64,000 bases of DNA from an uncultured virus (IMG/VR IMGVR_UViG_3300028048_000084) (Duplodnaviria > Heunggongvirae > Uroviricota > Caudoviricetes), in IMG/VR virus record IMGVR_UViG_3300028048_000084; one strand, written 5' to 3'. Below are positions 10,249 to 20,161 of the stretch, piece by piece. Position numbers and translations under genes: made by a program. The notes under the pieces are model-generated. The model was not told the DNA's origin, did no database searches, and saw only the letters and a list, made by a program, of their open reading frames with translations. The first letter of the stretch is position 1. Each line of letters starts with the position of its first letter.

Positions 10249-11040
10249 TTAATAATTTAAATACAATGATTCATATACATCTTCAATTGTACCATGTAAT
10301 TTTTTAAATGAACTTAATCCTGATTTTATATATTCATGTCTAATATACAAGTCTTTTGGTAATTCAACTGTTCTGTCTATGTCTCCACGTTTACCATCAT
10401 AAGATAATGCAAATTTAACTTTTTTATTCTTTAATTCTTTCAAAAAATTAATAAATTCATCAAAATCTATTGTACCGTAATACATACCTTTTGTATTAAA
10501 ATATGGAGGGTCTAAATATACAAAATCATTACTTGTAACCATATTTAATATTTGTTCATAACTTTGATGTACAAATATTACGTCTTGTATTTTATTGCTC
10601 CAATCCATCATAATTTTATGTAATTTATCAGGTCTAATTCCATTTCTACCATGATGAAATGAATTATTAAATTCACCTTTTTTATTAAAACGAATTAATC
10701 CATTTGTACAAGTTCTTGATAGAAATAAAAAATAAGCAGGATTTTTTGTCTGATTAAATTTATCTCTCATAGAATAATAAAAATCTTGTCCTTGTTCTTG
10801 CAATTCATTCCACAAGTTTTCATATTCTTTCATTAAATCCAATGGATTATTCTGTATCATTTGCCACAAATCAATTAATGGTTTACATATATCACTACAT
10901 ACTCGTTTTCCCTCTATATGATACATAACACTTCCACCACCCACAAATGGTTCATAATATGTATTATAATCAGGGAAATACGATATAATTTTGTCTGCTT
11001 GTGACCGTTTGCTCCCACTCCATTTAATTACAGGTTGCAT
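10249..11040 (-). CDS. D12-class N6-adenine DNA methyltransferase (Dam-like)
   Basis: IKWSGSK, YYEPFVGGGSV, VYLDPPY. Confidence 0.93.
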   Translation of the reverse strand: MQPVIKWSGSKRSQADKIISYFPDYNTYYEPFVGGGSVMYHIEGKRVCSDICKPLIDLWQMIQNNPLDLMKEYENLWNELQEQGQDFYYSMRDKFNQTKNPAYFLFLSRTCTNGLIRFNKKGEFNNSFHHGRNGIRPDKLHKIMMDWSNKIQDVIFVHQSYEQILNMVTSNDFVYLDPPYFNTKGMYYGTIDFDEFINFLKELKNKKVKFALSYDGKRGDIDRTVELPKDLYIRHEYIKSGLSSFKKLHGTIEDVYESLYLNY

Positions 11041-11258
11041 TATTTATCTCCATTACTCCCAATTCCTAACAAAACTTTCACAACATACATGGCAATCGCA
11101 ATAATAAATGATTGACCCCATGTTAATTGAGTTAATCCAAAACCACAATTTAATAAATATCCAACAAAATATACTAGTACTGTACATACACCTAAATAAG
11201 TTAAAATTAATCCAATTGTAATAGTTACAAACATACATAATAATATAAACTTTTCCAT
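11040..11258 (-). CDS. Small membrane protein
   Basis: 72 aa with two hydrophobic segments; overlaps both neighbours. Confidence 0.65.
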   Translation of the reverse strand: MEKFILLCMFVTITIGLILTYLGVCTVLVYFVGYLLNCGFGLTQLTWGQSFIIAIAMYVVKVLLGIGSNGDK

Positions 11259-11761
11259 TATTTCTTTTTACCTTTCCATTTCAAAAAATCTACAAAATCA
11301 TTTATTTTCAAATATTTATAAATCAAATCATTTGTAATACTTCTACAAGAATTTTTCAATGTAGTATCAAATCTCGTTTTTAACTTTGTATTTCTAGTAG
11401 GCTTTTGAACTATCTCTATTTTATTATTTTCGTCCACATATAACAAACCAATTTCTTTTAAAACCAATTCTTTTGGTATTACATCTTTTGGACACATAAT
11501 ATAAAAATAATTACAATGTGGATAATACGATTTATCCAATTGAAACAATTTTTTATCTCTTTTGTAGTCTTTTAATGAAGCCTTTACTTCCACTATACGA
11601 ACTTCTTTTCTTTTTAAATTCATACCGCAAACATCTGCTACACTACGAAGGTTTCTAAATTTCGTTTCTACTGATACAATATCTGTACAACACTTTTTTA
11701 AAAACCCACAAGCTACAATTTTTAATCTTTTATGTGTTTCACTCTCTGCCATTATTATCAC
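11258..11761 (-). CDS. PD-(D/E)xK nuclease-like protein (MmcB-like)
   Basis: ADVCG...IVEVKAS..DY.RD.K...CNYFY. Confidence 0.7.
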   Translation of the reverse strand: MIIMAESETHKRLKIVACGFLKKCCTDIVSVETKFRNLRSVADVCGMNLKRKEVRIVEVKASLKDYKRDKKLFQLDKSYYPHCNYFYIMCPKDVIPKELVLKEIGLLYVDENNKIEIVQKPTRNTKLKTRFDTTLKNSCRSITNDLIYKYLKINDFVDFLKWKGKKK

Positions 11762-11785
11762 CCGATAAAAAAAAAGGATAAATAT

Positions 11786-12226
11786 TTATCCTTTTTGCTT
11801 TTCTTTATTATATTTATCATTGAGAAATTGAATTTTTTTCTGCATTTCTCTTATATCTTTTGCTAGATTTTTAATCGTCATTTCATAGCGTTTACGCTCA
11901 TCGTTACTTCCACCATTATTATATAAATAATGATATAAGTCCAGTTCCACTTCTTTACTGATTAGTTGTTCATTATAACGATTGAGCATATCTACTATAA
12001 TTTCTAATTTAGATTTTGGTTGAATAATTTTCTTTTCTACCTTTTGAACAGGTATTTTTTTCTTTGTTGGGTTTTTAACAACAGACTTCTTCTCTGTTAT
12101 TTCTTCTTCAACAATCTCATTACCATCTATTTCATCATTATCCATGCCCAAATCTATATCTTCTTCTACAGGAGTATTTTCTTTTTTAATTATATTATCT
12201 TCATCTAAAAATTTATTCATATTCAA
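11786..12226 (-). CDS. Hypothetical coiled-coil protein
   Basis: 146-aa ORF with RBS. Confidence 0.65.
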   Translation of the reverse strand: MNMNKFLDEDNIIKKENTPVEEDIDLGMDNDEIDGNEIVEEEITEKKSVVKNPTKKKIPVQKVEKKIIQPKSKLEIIVDMLNRYNEQLISKEVELDLYHYLYNNGGSNDERKRYEMTIKNLAKDIREMQKKIQFLNDKYNKEKQKG

Positions 12227-12244
12227 AAATACCCCTCTCTATGA

Positions 12245-12448
12245 TTAACAATTAACTAAGATGACACCACTTTCTTCGATAGTATTATAATTATCATCAA
12301 AGCAATCATCTAATACGTTAAATATATCCTTTTTATCCCCTATTAACGATACTCTTTGTCCGTTTTGAGTACAAAGTACATCATTTTCCTTACTTTTATC
12401 TTCAATACGTTTTATATCGCAATATTCAAATAAATTAGTTCTATACAT
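12245..12448 (-). CDS. Hypothetical protein
   Basis: 67-aa ORF with GGTG RBS, in operon. Confidence 0.55.
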   Translation of the reverse strand: MYRTNLFEYCDIKRIEDKSKENDVLCTQNGQRVSLIGDKKDIFNVLDDCFDDNYNTIEESGVILVNC

Positions 12449-12459
12449 TCACATCACCA

Positions 12460-13257
12460 TTAATCACTTGTATTAATTGTATATTCCCATACAATCGTTA
12501 ATGGTGCTATATAAGTTGTATATGTCACATCAAAATTATCTTTATCTAATGTTATTTTATTTAAATTTAACATTTGACCAACAGTAGAACTACTAGACGA
12601 ACTACTACTTGAACCACTTCCACTAGAAGAACTACTCGTGAGACTACTTATATTAGTGCTTAGTACTTTCTCATATTGTTCTTCTAATTTACTCGCATTA
12701 TTAGCATTATTATTAGATAGACGATGAATTGTTAATTTTCCATTAACATAATTCACATTCCCCCATACATTTATTCCATTATCATTCCCTAAAAAAGAAC
12801 CTTTTTCTTCATCATCTGCGGAATCAGTATAACTATTTTTACTATCTTTTAACGTAACACTTTTTTCTTTGATGGCATATTTCCAACTAATATATCCACC
12901 CATCGGGTCTTTTAACAGTTTTTTAGAAAATAATTCTTTCTCTGCTAAAAATTTCACGTCATTAATTGTGACATGATTTTGACCCTCACTTATTTTATAC
13001 AAATATACCTTATTTTTATTTACTGTATCTATTCCAAGTACATTGATTCCCATCATACTTTGATTTTTATCAAACATACTAACAAATCGTTGTTTGACAG
13101 TAGCGTCAAATAAAACTCCACCTTCATCATCTAAATGTTTTTTAAATTGTGCTTGCGCATTACTACCTAGCTTCCATCCATATCTACCATTATCTTTGAT
13201 TTCATTACTACTTTTCCAATTATCAAACTCCATAACAAACGAACTATATGCACTCAC
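12460..13257 (-). CDS. Hypothetical protein with poly-Ser linker (possibly structural)
   Basis: 265-aa ORF adjacent to the upstream kinase gene. Confidence 0.65.
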   Translation of the reverse strand: MSAYSSFVMEFDNWKSSNEIKDNGRYGWKLGSNAQAQFKKHLDDEGGVLFDATVKQRFVSMFDKNQSMMGINVLGIDTVNKNKVYLYKISEGQNHVTINDVKFLAEKELFSKKLLKDPMGGYISWKYAIKEKSVTLKDSKNSYTDSADDEEKGSFLGNDNGINVWGNVNYVNGKLTIHRLSNNNANNASKLEEQYEKVLSTNISSLTSSSSSGSGSSSSSSSSSTVGQMLNLNKITLDKDNFDVTYTTYIAPLTIVWEYTINTSD

Positions 13258-13767
13258 TTATTTTTTCTTCCTTTCAGTTATATCTCTTATAACAAAATCT
13301 CCATTAAAAGGCGATAAAGAAATATAATTAATATTTTTTAATAATTTGATTAAATCTTTATCTACTTTTCTAGCTATCTTTTCGTCTCCAACTCTACCAT
13401 CTGTCTGCCAAAAACCATCTATTCTATCTAACAAATAATTCATATTATCATACTTGTTAAACTCATGCCATACTAATTCTTCAAAAATTTTTCCTTCATT
13501 ACCATAAATCAGATTTAATGGTAATGGACTATCGGAAACGGCTATATCTACTCCACTTTTTTCTAACCCACGCAATCTGTGAACCTGCGTAGCAAATAAA
13601 TATAATTGGTCTTTTAACATTTCAAAATTTTTTTGTAAAATACATTCCTTTGCAAATTCTCCAACCAATTCTGTTTTATATCCTAATTTCTTTAATTTAC
13701 TAAATACTTCTGCTGAAATTGTAGATTTTCCTGCACCAGCACCAGCAAAAAAATTAACCACTATCAT
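13258..13767 (-). CDS. P-loop nucleotide kinase (AAA_28/NadR-like)
   Basis: VNFFAGAGAGKST, EFAKE, SDSPL. Confidence 0.8.
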   Translation of the reverse strand: MIVVNFFAGAGAGKSTISAEVFSKLKKLGYKTELVGEFAKECILQKNFEMLKDQLYLFATQVHRLRGLEKSGVDIAVSDSPLPLNLIYGNEGKIFEELVWHEFNKYDNMNYLLDRIDGFWQTDGRVGDEKIARKVDKDLIKLLKNINYISLSPFNGDFVIRDITERKKK

Positions 13768-13851
13768 TCAATCACATCCTATATAGATATTATATAGAAC
13801 AATGACTTTTTGATAGTGATTAAAATTAATTTAGATTATATATTTTTATTT

Positions 13852-14058
13852 TTATAAAATTCTTTCTAATGCTAACGCAAATGTTTTCATTATATCATGA
13901 GAATTAACTAGTTTTTCATATTTTTTTAACATTCTTGTCCAAATTGTTTTTTTAAATATGCCTGTGGTTATGATAGACTCATAATATGAGTCTATCATAT
14001 CTTTATAATCTTTATCGGCTTTATTGATAATAGTTTGTTCGTCATCTGCATATCTCAT
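13852..14058 (-). CDS. Hypothetical protein
   Basis: 68-aa ORF, weak RBS. Confidence 0.35.
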   Translation of the reverse strand: MRYADDEQTIINKADKDYKDMIDSYYESIITTGIFKKTIWTRMLKKYEKLVNSHDIMKTFALALERIL

Positions 14059-14090
14059 TATATATTTTTTTTATAATATTCATTTTTTAT

Positions 14091-14435
14091 TTAACTAGCA
14101 AATTTATATGGACTACCTTTAATTATTACTCCACTATATGCAAGTGGACATAATCGACAAGTGCCTGTTACTTGGTCTGTAACTCTAGCAATTTTCAAAT
14201 CTTCCGCATAACTATATTCACTACCAGTAATAATTTGTCCTTTTCCACCACAAGTTGTACAAACTACAGTATCAGTAAGTCTTGCCACAGGTTTATCATC
14301 ACTAAACGTATGAGAACTTCCGCTAGTAATAATACCAACGTGTGTACCAAAAGGGCAAGTTATTTTTACTGTATCTCCCAATCTTGCTACAGGTTGATTA
14401 CTCATAATTTTTCTTGCTACAGGTTGATTACTCAT
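14091..14435 (-). CDS. PAAR-repeat tail spike tip protein
   Basis: PVARLGD, PVARLTD, KIARVTD repeats; GIITSGS; Cys/His zinc ligands. Confidence 0.9.
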   Translation of the reverse strand: MSNQPVARKIMSNQPVARLGDTVKITCPFGTHVGIITSGSSHTFSDDKPVARLTDTVVCTTCGGKGQIITGSEYSYAEDLKIARVTDQVTGTCRLCPLAYSGVIIKGSPYKFAS

Positions 14436-14441
14436 AATTTT
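14382..14441. repeat. 30-bp tandem duplication covering the PAAR start
   Basis: TCTTGCTACAGGTTGATTACTCATAATTTT x2, giving MSNQPVAR twice. Confidence 0.95.
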
Positions 14442-14639
14442 TCTACTGCCTCACTTACTAATTTAGCATATTCATTGCAAATATCATTTTCAATTTGTGT
14501 ATCTTCTGTATCCATCATTTCAGAAATCTTATATGTTATATCATCCAATGTACCATCAATCGTTAAAATTCCTTCAATTGTTCCTAAATCTGCCGTTTCA
14601 TCTTCAGACATATCTTCTTTAATTTGTTTGCATAACGTA

Positions 14640-15236
14640 TCAAATAAAATTAATTACTATTTTACTATGATTTCTCTCTGCTTTTTCTATTCCTAATAAC
14701 AAAGTATCAATCACATTATTAATCTTAATTTTTTCCATATGATAAGAATTTAAATCTTCTTGTATTACGCACGTAATACTATTTTTTTGTCTTTTTTCTT
14801 TATCAATTTGCTTTTCTTTTCTCTTATCTATATAAAATATCCTTGAATTTTTATCTTGAAATAGTTCATCTTTCCCACTTAATTGAACTAAATAGCAAGT
14901 ATTTTTATTTAGTTTTTTCTTTATATCTTCCAAGTTGCTTTTTACATTACTTATATCTTCATATTTTAATTCATCACTATCATCAAATGCAGTCATAAAA
15001 CTAGGATATAATCTTCCTATATCTTGAAGTGTTGTGGTATCTTTTCGTTCAAAATTATACCATACTATATCCTGCAACAAATTAAAATATTGTTCTTCTA
15101 TTTCTATATCTACTTCAAAATGTTCTTCTATATCTCTCTGTATATTATTAATTACTGTCAAAATTTCATCTTCTTTAACCCCTTTTGACAATAACAAATT
15201 ATATACATCAATACTTATAGGCATCAAATTTTTCAT
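14640..15236 (-). CDS. Hypothetical protein, probably frameshifted (continues to about 14432)
   Basis: Open acidic frame from about 14650 to 14432 whose TGA overlaps the PAAR ATG. Confidence 0.65.
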   Translation of the reverse strand: MKNLMPISIDVYNLLLSKGVKEDEILTVINNIQRDIEEHFEVDIEIEEQYFNLLQDIVWYNFERKDTTTLQDIGRLYPSFMTAFDDSDELKYEDISNVKSNLEDIKKKLNKNTCYLVQLSGKDELFQDKNSRIFYIDKRKEKQIDKEKRQKNSITCVIQEDLNSYHMEKIKINNVIDTLLLGIEKAERNHSKIVINFI

Positions 15237-15603
15237 TTGTACTCATTTCCTCTATCGTTGGCATTTTGACACCATTCAGCAAGAATGTCCTAAAACCATA
15301 AATTAAACAAGGTTTGCAAATATAATGTTCATTATCCATTGTAAATAAAGGTTTTGTTTCCGTTCCTGTGTGACCACAAAAAACACAACGATTGATATTC
15401 ATATTAATTTCTGATGGTGTTCCATTCAAATTAATATTCTGATTTTTCGTTTTAATCGTTGTTGTATTGCCTTTTACATCTATATCTTCTAAATTATCTT
15501 CTAAATCTTTTTCTAAATTCTTTATTCTTTTTTCTTCTTCTATTTTATTTTCTTCTTCTGCTTTTTTCGTTTTATTCTTTAAATCGTCTATATTAATACT
15601 CAC
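15208..15603 (-). CDS. Protein with ClpX-type C4 zinc finger
   Basis: CVFCG(x17)YICKPC resembles ClpX CSFCG...YICDEC. Confidence 0.65.
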   Translation of the reverse strand: MSINIDDLKNKTKKAEEENKIEEEKRIKNLEKDLEDNLEDIDVKGNTTTIKTKNQNINLNGTPSEINMNINRCVFCGHTGTETKPLFTMDNEHYICKPCLIYGFRTFLLNGVKMPTIEEMSTNEKFDAYKY

Positions 15604-15678
15604 AATATAATATCTCCTTTCATATTATTTTATATATATTATATAAAAAAGACGTTGCATATTACAACGCCTTTAATT

Positions 15679-16839
15679 TTATTTTTGTGTATACTTTAAA
15701 TGAACCAAATCATAATAATTGTATAATTTTCTGGAATGATTATAATTCAGCCATATATTTCTCATATCTTGCATATCAGAATAATATGGGCTTTCTATAT
15801 CATTCGCATTAACAACAAATCCGGTTTCTATATCACACGTACAATAACTACTCGTATCTATTAATTTTTGATATGAACCGCTTTCTTCTTTTAGATTTTC
15901 TATATCCCTACCGAATATAAAACAACCTCGTACAGATTCCATATCTGTATATGATACACCATTATGATTATTGAAAAATTCTATTTTATATTTTTTTCTC
16001 GGTTCAAATTTAACTAGCATCGCATCTGCTTTATGTTTATTATCACCTTGATAAGATGTATCATTTAAACCATCATTGAATGTAGTCAATGTAATACTAT
16101 TTGTAAAATCATCCGAATCATTATCATTCCATGATATACGTAAATCTAAACCTATCATAAATATTTTCGTAATTCCACAATCATTCTGCGGAGTTTTTAA
16201 AATAATATAATTATCTTTTAATTGAACTCGACCACCGAAAATGGCTTTAAATGCTTTATACATATATTCACAACTAATTGTATTAACAAAATAATTATCT
16301 TGTACAAAATATTCGTCAATCAAATTATAAATTACATTTGTACATATCTGCCATACTTTACCACTATCTTCCGTGTATCTCATTCCACTATCATATTCAG
16401 AACCAATAGGAGCTAATGGCAAATAACCAAATTCTCCATTATCATCTAATTGTACTTTTACGTATTTATCAGGATATGGAAAATAATGCGTATTATGGAA
16501 AATAACACATTCAATCGGTCTACCTGTTTTAGAATGTACAAAGAAAGAATGGTCATACACAGGAACATTAGAATGTACTTCTCTATATGTATCATTATAT
16601 ACAGATTCGTTACGGTTAATTTTACGTACAGTATCAAAACAAATATTATTCATGTTATGCACATGACGTGCTGTATCATTTTTAAAACTATCTGTTCGAT
16701 AAATCTCTCTTAACGTATCGTTTCTATCACTTGTACTTCTTCCGACCTCTCTCAAAGTACATAGTGATTGCGTAACGCGCTTACCTTCTACAACACCTTT
16801 TACAATAAAGACTTTAGGATTTTCAATTTTTTGTATCAT
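15679..16839 (-). CDS. Tail-associated protein, paralog of 20162-21529
   Basis: Shared DSG.R...QIC, GIT..F..GL..RI, LTT...GL..TS..GD, YNYYDL. Confidence 0.75.
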   Translation of the reverse strand: MIQKIENPKVFIVKGVVEGKRVTQSLCTLREVGRSTSDRNDTLREIYRTDSFKNDTARHVHNMNNICFDTVRKINRNESVYNDTYREVHSNVPVYDHSFFVHSKTGRPIECVIFHNTHYFPYPDKYVKVQLDDNGEFGYLPLAPIGSEYDSGMRYTEDSGKVWQICTNVIYNLIDEYFVQDNYFVNTISCEYMYKAFKAIFGGRVQLKDNYIILKTPQNDCGITKIFMIGLDLRISWNDNDSDDFTNSITLTTFNDGLNDTSYQGDNKHKADAMLVKFEPRKKYKIEFFNNHNGVSYTDMESVRGCFIFGRDIENLKEESGSYQKLIDTSSYCTCDIETGFVVNANDIESPYYSDMQDMRNIWLNYNHSRKLYNYYDLVHLKYTQK

Positions 16840-17807
16840 TCGCCTACACCACTTTTCATCTTAAAATCTCTTTGTATTGTGTTATAATCCCAAAATACGC
16901 CTTCAATGGGGTCTACTTCTAATACTTCTGATTGTATACCTTTTTTCGGCTCATTATGCGGTAATGTTTTAATCGAATCAGTATAATTATTTACATTAAA
17001 TTTAATAAAGTTACCTATATCTGTATCACAATCCGCTTTTAATGCAGATATTGATACTGCATAGATTGCTTTTTTATCCGATTTTATATCGTTTATATCG
17101 TCCACTTTGGATAAATCTTTTATATTTTGTGTTATCTCTTTTCCTACACTATTCGTTTGATATACATTACCGTTTTGATTCCAGTCTGTTTTAATCTTTG
17201 TATCTAATATATCACAGGTTAAATTACCTAATCTAGTATCACCAATAATAATATTAGAAATAGCCGTACCAAATTGTGCGTAATAATCTACATCATCTGT
17301 TAAAATAGGAATAATATTTTTTACTTGTACTCGCATCGGTTGCTCTCTATCAAACCATTTAATTACTTTTCCCTTTGAAGTATATAATAATTTATTTCCT
17401 TCCCACAAATCTATCTGTTCTTCTTTTGCATTACTGTGTAAATGCAATTCATAAGAATGAATGGTATCAAAATCCATTTGACCTTCATATAATTGAGAAT
17501 CATTTGTGGTAAGAATAATATTATTATGAGAGCCTATATTAACTGTTAAATCGTGATTATCACTTAATAATCGAATGAAACCTTTCTTATCATTTGTATT
17601 CTCATTAGACAAATTGGTATATACATCAAAACGTATATACCAATCAAAAATTTTGTTATTGCTATATACATCATACCAATAAATATTGCTAAATGGAATA
17701 ATGTATTGTTTACAACGTGTATATTTTTTATTTTGTCCTTCTTGATAAGAAAAATTACTTTCTTGAAATAGTGACCCAAAACCAGGGTTTATATATACAA
17801 TACTCAC
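16836..17807 (-). CDS. Putative receptor-binding/beta-sandwich tail protein (YxNPGF family)
   Basis: N-terminal YINPGF, ISNII motif; GTG start after GGAGG. Confidence 0.7.
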   Translation of the reverse strand: MSIVYINPGFGSLFQESNFSYQEGQNKKYTRCKQYIIPFSNIYWYDVYSNNKIFDWYIRFDVYTNLSNENTNDKKGFIRLLSDNHDLTVNIGSHNNIILTTNDSQLYEGQMDFDTIHSYELHLHSNAKEEQIDLWEGNKLLYTSKGKVIKWFDREQPMRVQVKNIIPILTDDVDYYAQFGTAISNIIIGDTRLGNLTCDILDTKIKTDWNQNGNVYQTNSVGKEITQNIKDLSKVDDINDIKSDKKAIYAVSISALKADCDTDIGNFIKFNVNNYTDSIKTLPHNEPKKGIQSEVLEVDPIEGVFWDYNTIQRDFKMKSGVGE

Positions 17808-17823
17808 AATTTTTCCCTCCACA

Positions 17824-18252
17824 TTAAACAGTAACAATATATGTATCTAGTCTGATTGATACCGTCATATCTTTTCTAGGTCTTTCATCAGAAGAAGAAG
17901 AAACCTTAAACCAAATTATCGTATTGGTTGAATTAATTGTATCAGTAATTACTAAACTATTTCTAAACAAACCCTTTGTTTTTGCGTCATTCGCATTTGC
18001 GAAATCTTCATCTTTTGCTACTTGCCATTTCTCTCTAGTCAATCCAACAAAGGAAATTGCCGTTCTATTGGATTTATAACCAGGTTGTGTTCTAATGGCG
18101 CATTTAATATATTTCACTTCATTATTTGTAGCATCAAGTGAAACAGATACAGGGTCAGTCTGTAAATCGTTTTGTGATACCAAAGAACCATCTGTACCAC
18201 CTTTTGTTACATTTCCTGTATATATATTGATATATTCATTTGGCGTTGCCAA
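17824..18252 (-). CDS. Tail-associated protein
   Basis: YINIYTGNVTKGGTDG N-terminus; follows the tail fibre gene. Confidence 0.65.
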   Translation of the reverse strand: MATPNEYINIYTGNVTKGGTDGSLVSQNDLQTDPVSVSLDATNNEVKYIKCAIRTQPGYKSNRTAISFVGLTREKWQVAKDEDFANANDAKTKGLFRNSLVITDTINSTNTIIWFKVSSSSDERPRKDMTVSIRLDTYIVTV

Positions 18253-18266
18253 TTCCCATCACACCT

Positions 18267-20120
18267 TTAATTATTCATTATTGCCGTTGATGTTCCATTG
18301 AACATAAAAGTATTACCTTCCATGAAACCTAATTCTCTTATTATTTCCCCTCTAGCACTTGGCATAGTATAAGTCGTTTTTCCGTTCTTACCCAAATAAA
18401 CAACATATCCATTATGTGAATTATCTGTCGTTGCCAATGCATAAGATTGAGAAACTAATGTATATCTCGTAGAATCACTATCCGTTAAAGCAAGAACAAT
18501 TTTTGTTGCCGTAGTACTACTGCTATTATCTGCCAATTTATAACCGCCTGATGAATAATATAGTATATCACCTTTTTTACAAGAACTACCTACTGCCATT
18601 CTTGCTTTATGAGCACCAATCGCATTAACTGCTTTTAACTGTTTTATGTCTTGTTGCATTTGTGCTATTTCTGCTAATGTTTGAGGATTGAACGTAGAGC
18701 CGTCTACGGCGTTCACAGACGTGTCTATCCATACTCTACCACCTGGTATATGCATCATGTCCGTAGCGTGGATTACAGGCGCACACAGGTCGTTTTTTTG
18801 TATATACGCATAACTATTGTATTCTAATTTTCCGTTTTTACCCTGATTAATGGTTAAATAACGCTTATCTGTATCGTTTTTATAAATCTTAACAGTATAA
18901 GCATCACCACCTGATTTGTCTGACCCTGCATAATTGTGTGTATGATTATATAAAGCATTACTTGTAACTAATTTATTGCTACCATTCACACCTTGTATAT
19001 TCGTTTCTACATCACGTGAACAGGCTTCGTGTAAAACATATCCCTCATATGTTTTATTTGTTAATGCTTGACTATCAGAAGTATTAATAACAGGTTTATC
19101 ATTAGAATATAATTTACCATCTATCATATATGCTTTACTATTGGAATATGTATACTCTTTCGGATTTTGATGTTCACCACCGATTAAATACATTTTTCCA
19201 TTCTTCTGCGTAGCATTTGTTGTTCCACTTACTGCTTCATCAGGTAGCGTAAGTGTTCTGTTTTCTATTCCTGTAACTAATCCTTTATTATTAACAATTA
19301 ATCTAGGAACAAGAAAACTTTCATTCATTTTTAATTGTCTGGATTTGTTATCACCATATGTACCTGCTACAACGCCATTTGTATTTAATGATAAATGGAC
19401 AGAATAGTTGTTATCTGTTCCATCAAACATATATGAACCGATAACATCACCGTAGTAAGAAATCTGTGATTTTTTACTTAATTTATCTGCTTTTGTTGCA
19501 GTACCATCTAAATCACCATGAAACTTCTTGGCAGTTATATCATCGCCCTGCATAAATACATTTGATGTGCGATACATTTTGTTTGGATTGCCTGATGTAA
19601 CACCTGATAATAAAATCTTGTTCGCATTATCTACTAATACTTTAATAGTATTAGCATCACCACCTACGGTATCTGAACCTGCGTATTTATGTGTATGATG
19701 TGTCATATCATACATTAATTGATTTACATCTTTGCGTAAATCATCTATCAATTTTTTATTCGCAGAATCCTGTGTATTAACGTGTCTAGCTAAATTATCC
19801 AAATCTAAACGAATATTTGAAGCTATATTACGTATATCTAAAAATTCTTGTGCATTTTTACCATCTTGTGCTTTTACCGCATTTTGAAAAGCGGTTAAAT
19901 CCGTTCTTAATTTTTCACAAGTGGTTTTTAAAAATTTTGTTCGATTTGCTAATTGTTGGTGAGGTATATTATCATATCCATCAACGCCACCATGTACATA
20001 ATCCTGTTCATCTATCAGATATATGGTATTTTCCCATATATCTTTTTCTATTACAACAGAATTTTCTGTCAATACATCTTTTTGTTGTGGTATGCCCTCT
20101 TTATGTGTTATCTTAGCCAA
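18267..20120 (-). CDS. Tail fibre protein, paralog of 24496-26241
   Basis: GG.DG..N....QLANRT.FLK baseplate-attachment motif, HTHKYAGS, FHGDLDGTA. Confidence 0.85.
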   Translation of the reverse strand: MAKITHKEGIPQQKDVLTENSVVIEKDIWENTIYLIDEQDYVHGGVDGYDNIPHQQLANRTKFLKTTCEKLRTDLTAFQNAVKAQDGKNAQEFLDIRNIASNIRLDLDNLARHVNTQDSANKKLIDDLRKDVNQLMYDMTHHTHKYAGSDTVGGDANTIKVLVDNANKILLSGVTSGNPNKMYRTSNVFMQGDDITAKKFHGDLDGTATKADKLSKKSQISYYGDVIGSYMFDGTDNNYSVHLSLNTNGVVAGTYGDNKSRQLKMNESFLVPRLIVNNKGLVTGIENRTLTLPDEAVSGTTNATQKNGKMYLIGGEHQNPKEYTYSNSKAYMIDGKLYSNDKPVINTSDSQALTNKTYEGYVLHEACSRDVETNIQGVNGSNKLVTSNALYNHTHNYAGSDKSGGDAYTVKIYKNDTDKRYLTINQGKNGKLEYNSYAYIQKNDLCAPVIHATDMMHIPGGRVWIDTSVNAVDGSTFNPQTLAEIAQMQQDIKQLKAVNAIGAHKARMAVGSSCKKGDILYYSSGGYKLADNSSSTTATKIVLALTDSDSTRYTLVSQSYALATTDNSHNGYVVYLGKNGKTTYTMPSARGEIIRELGFMEGNTFMFNGTSTAIMNN

Positions 20121-20161
20121 ATCTTTCCACCACCTTTTTATTCTCTAATTAAAATATAAAA

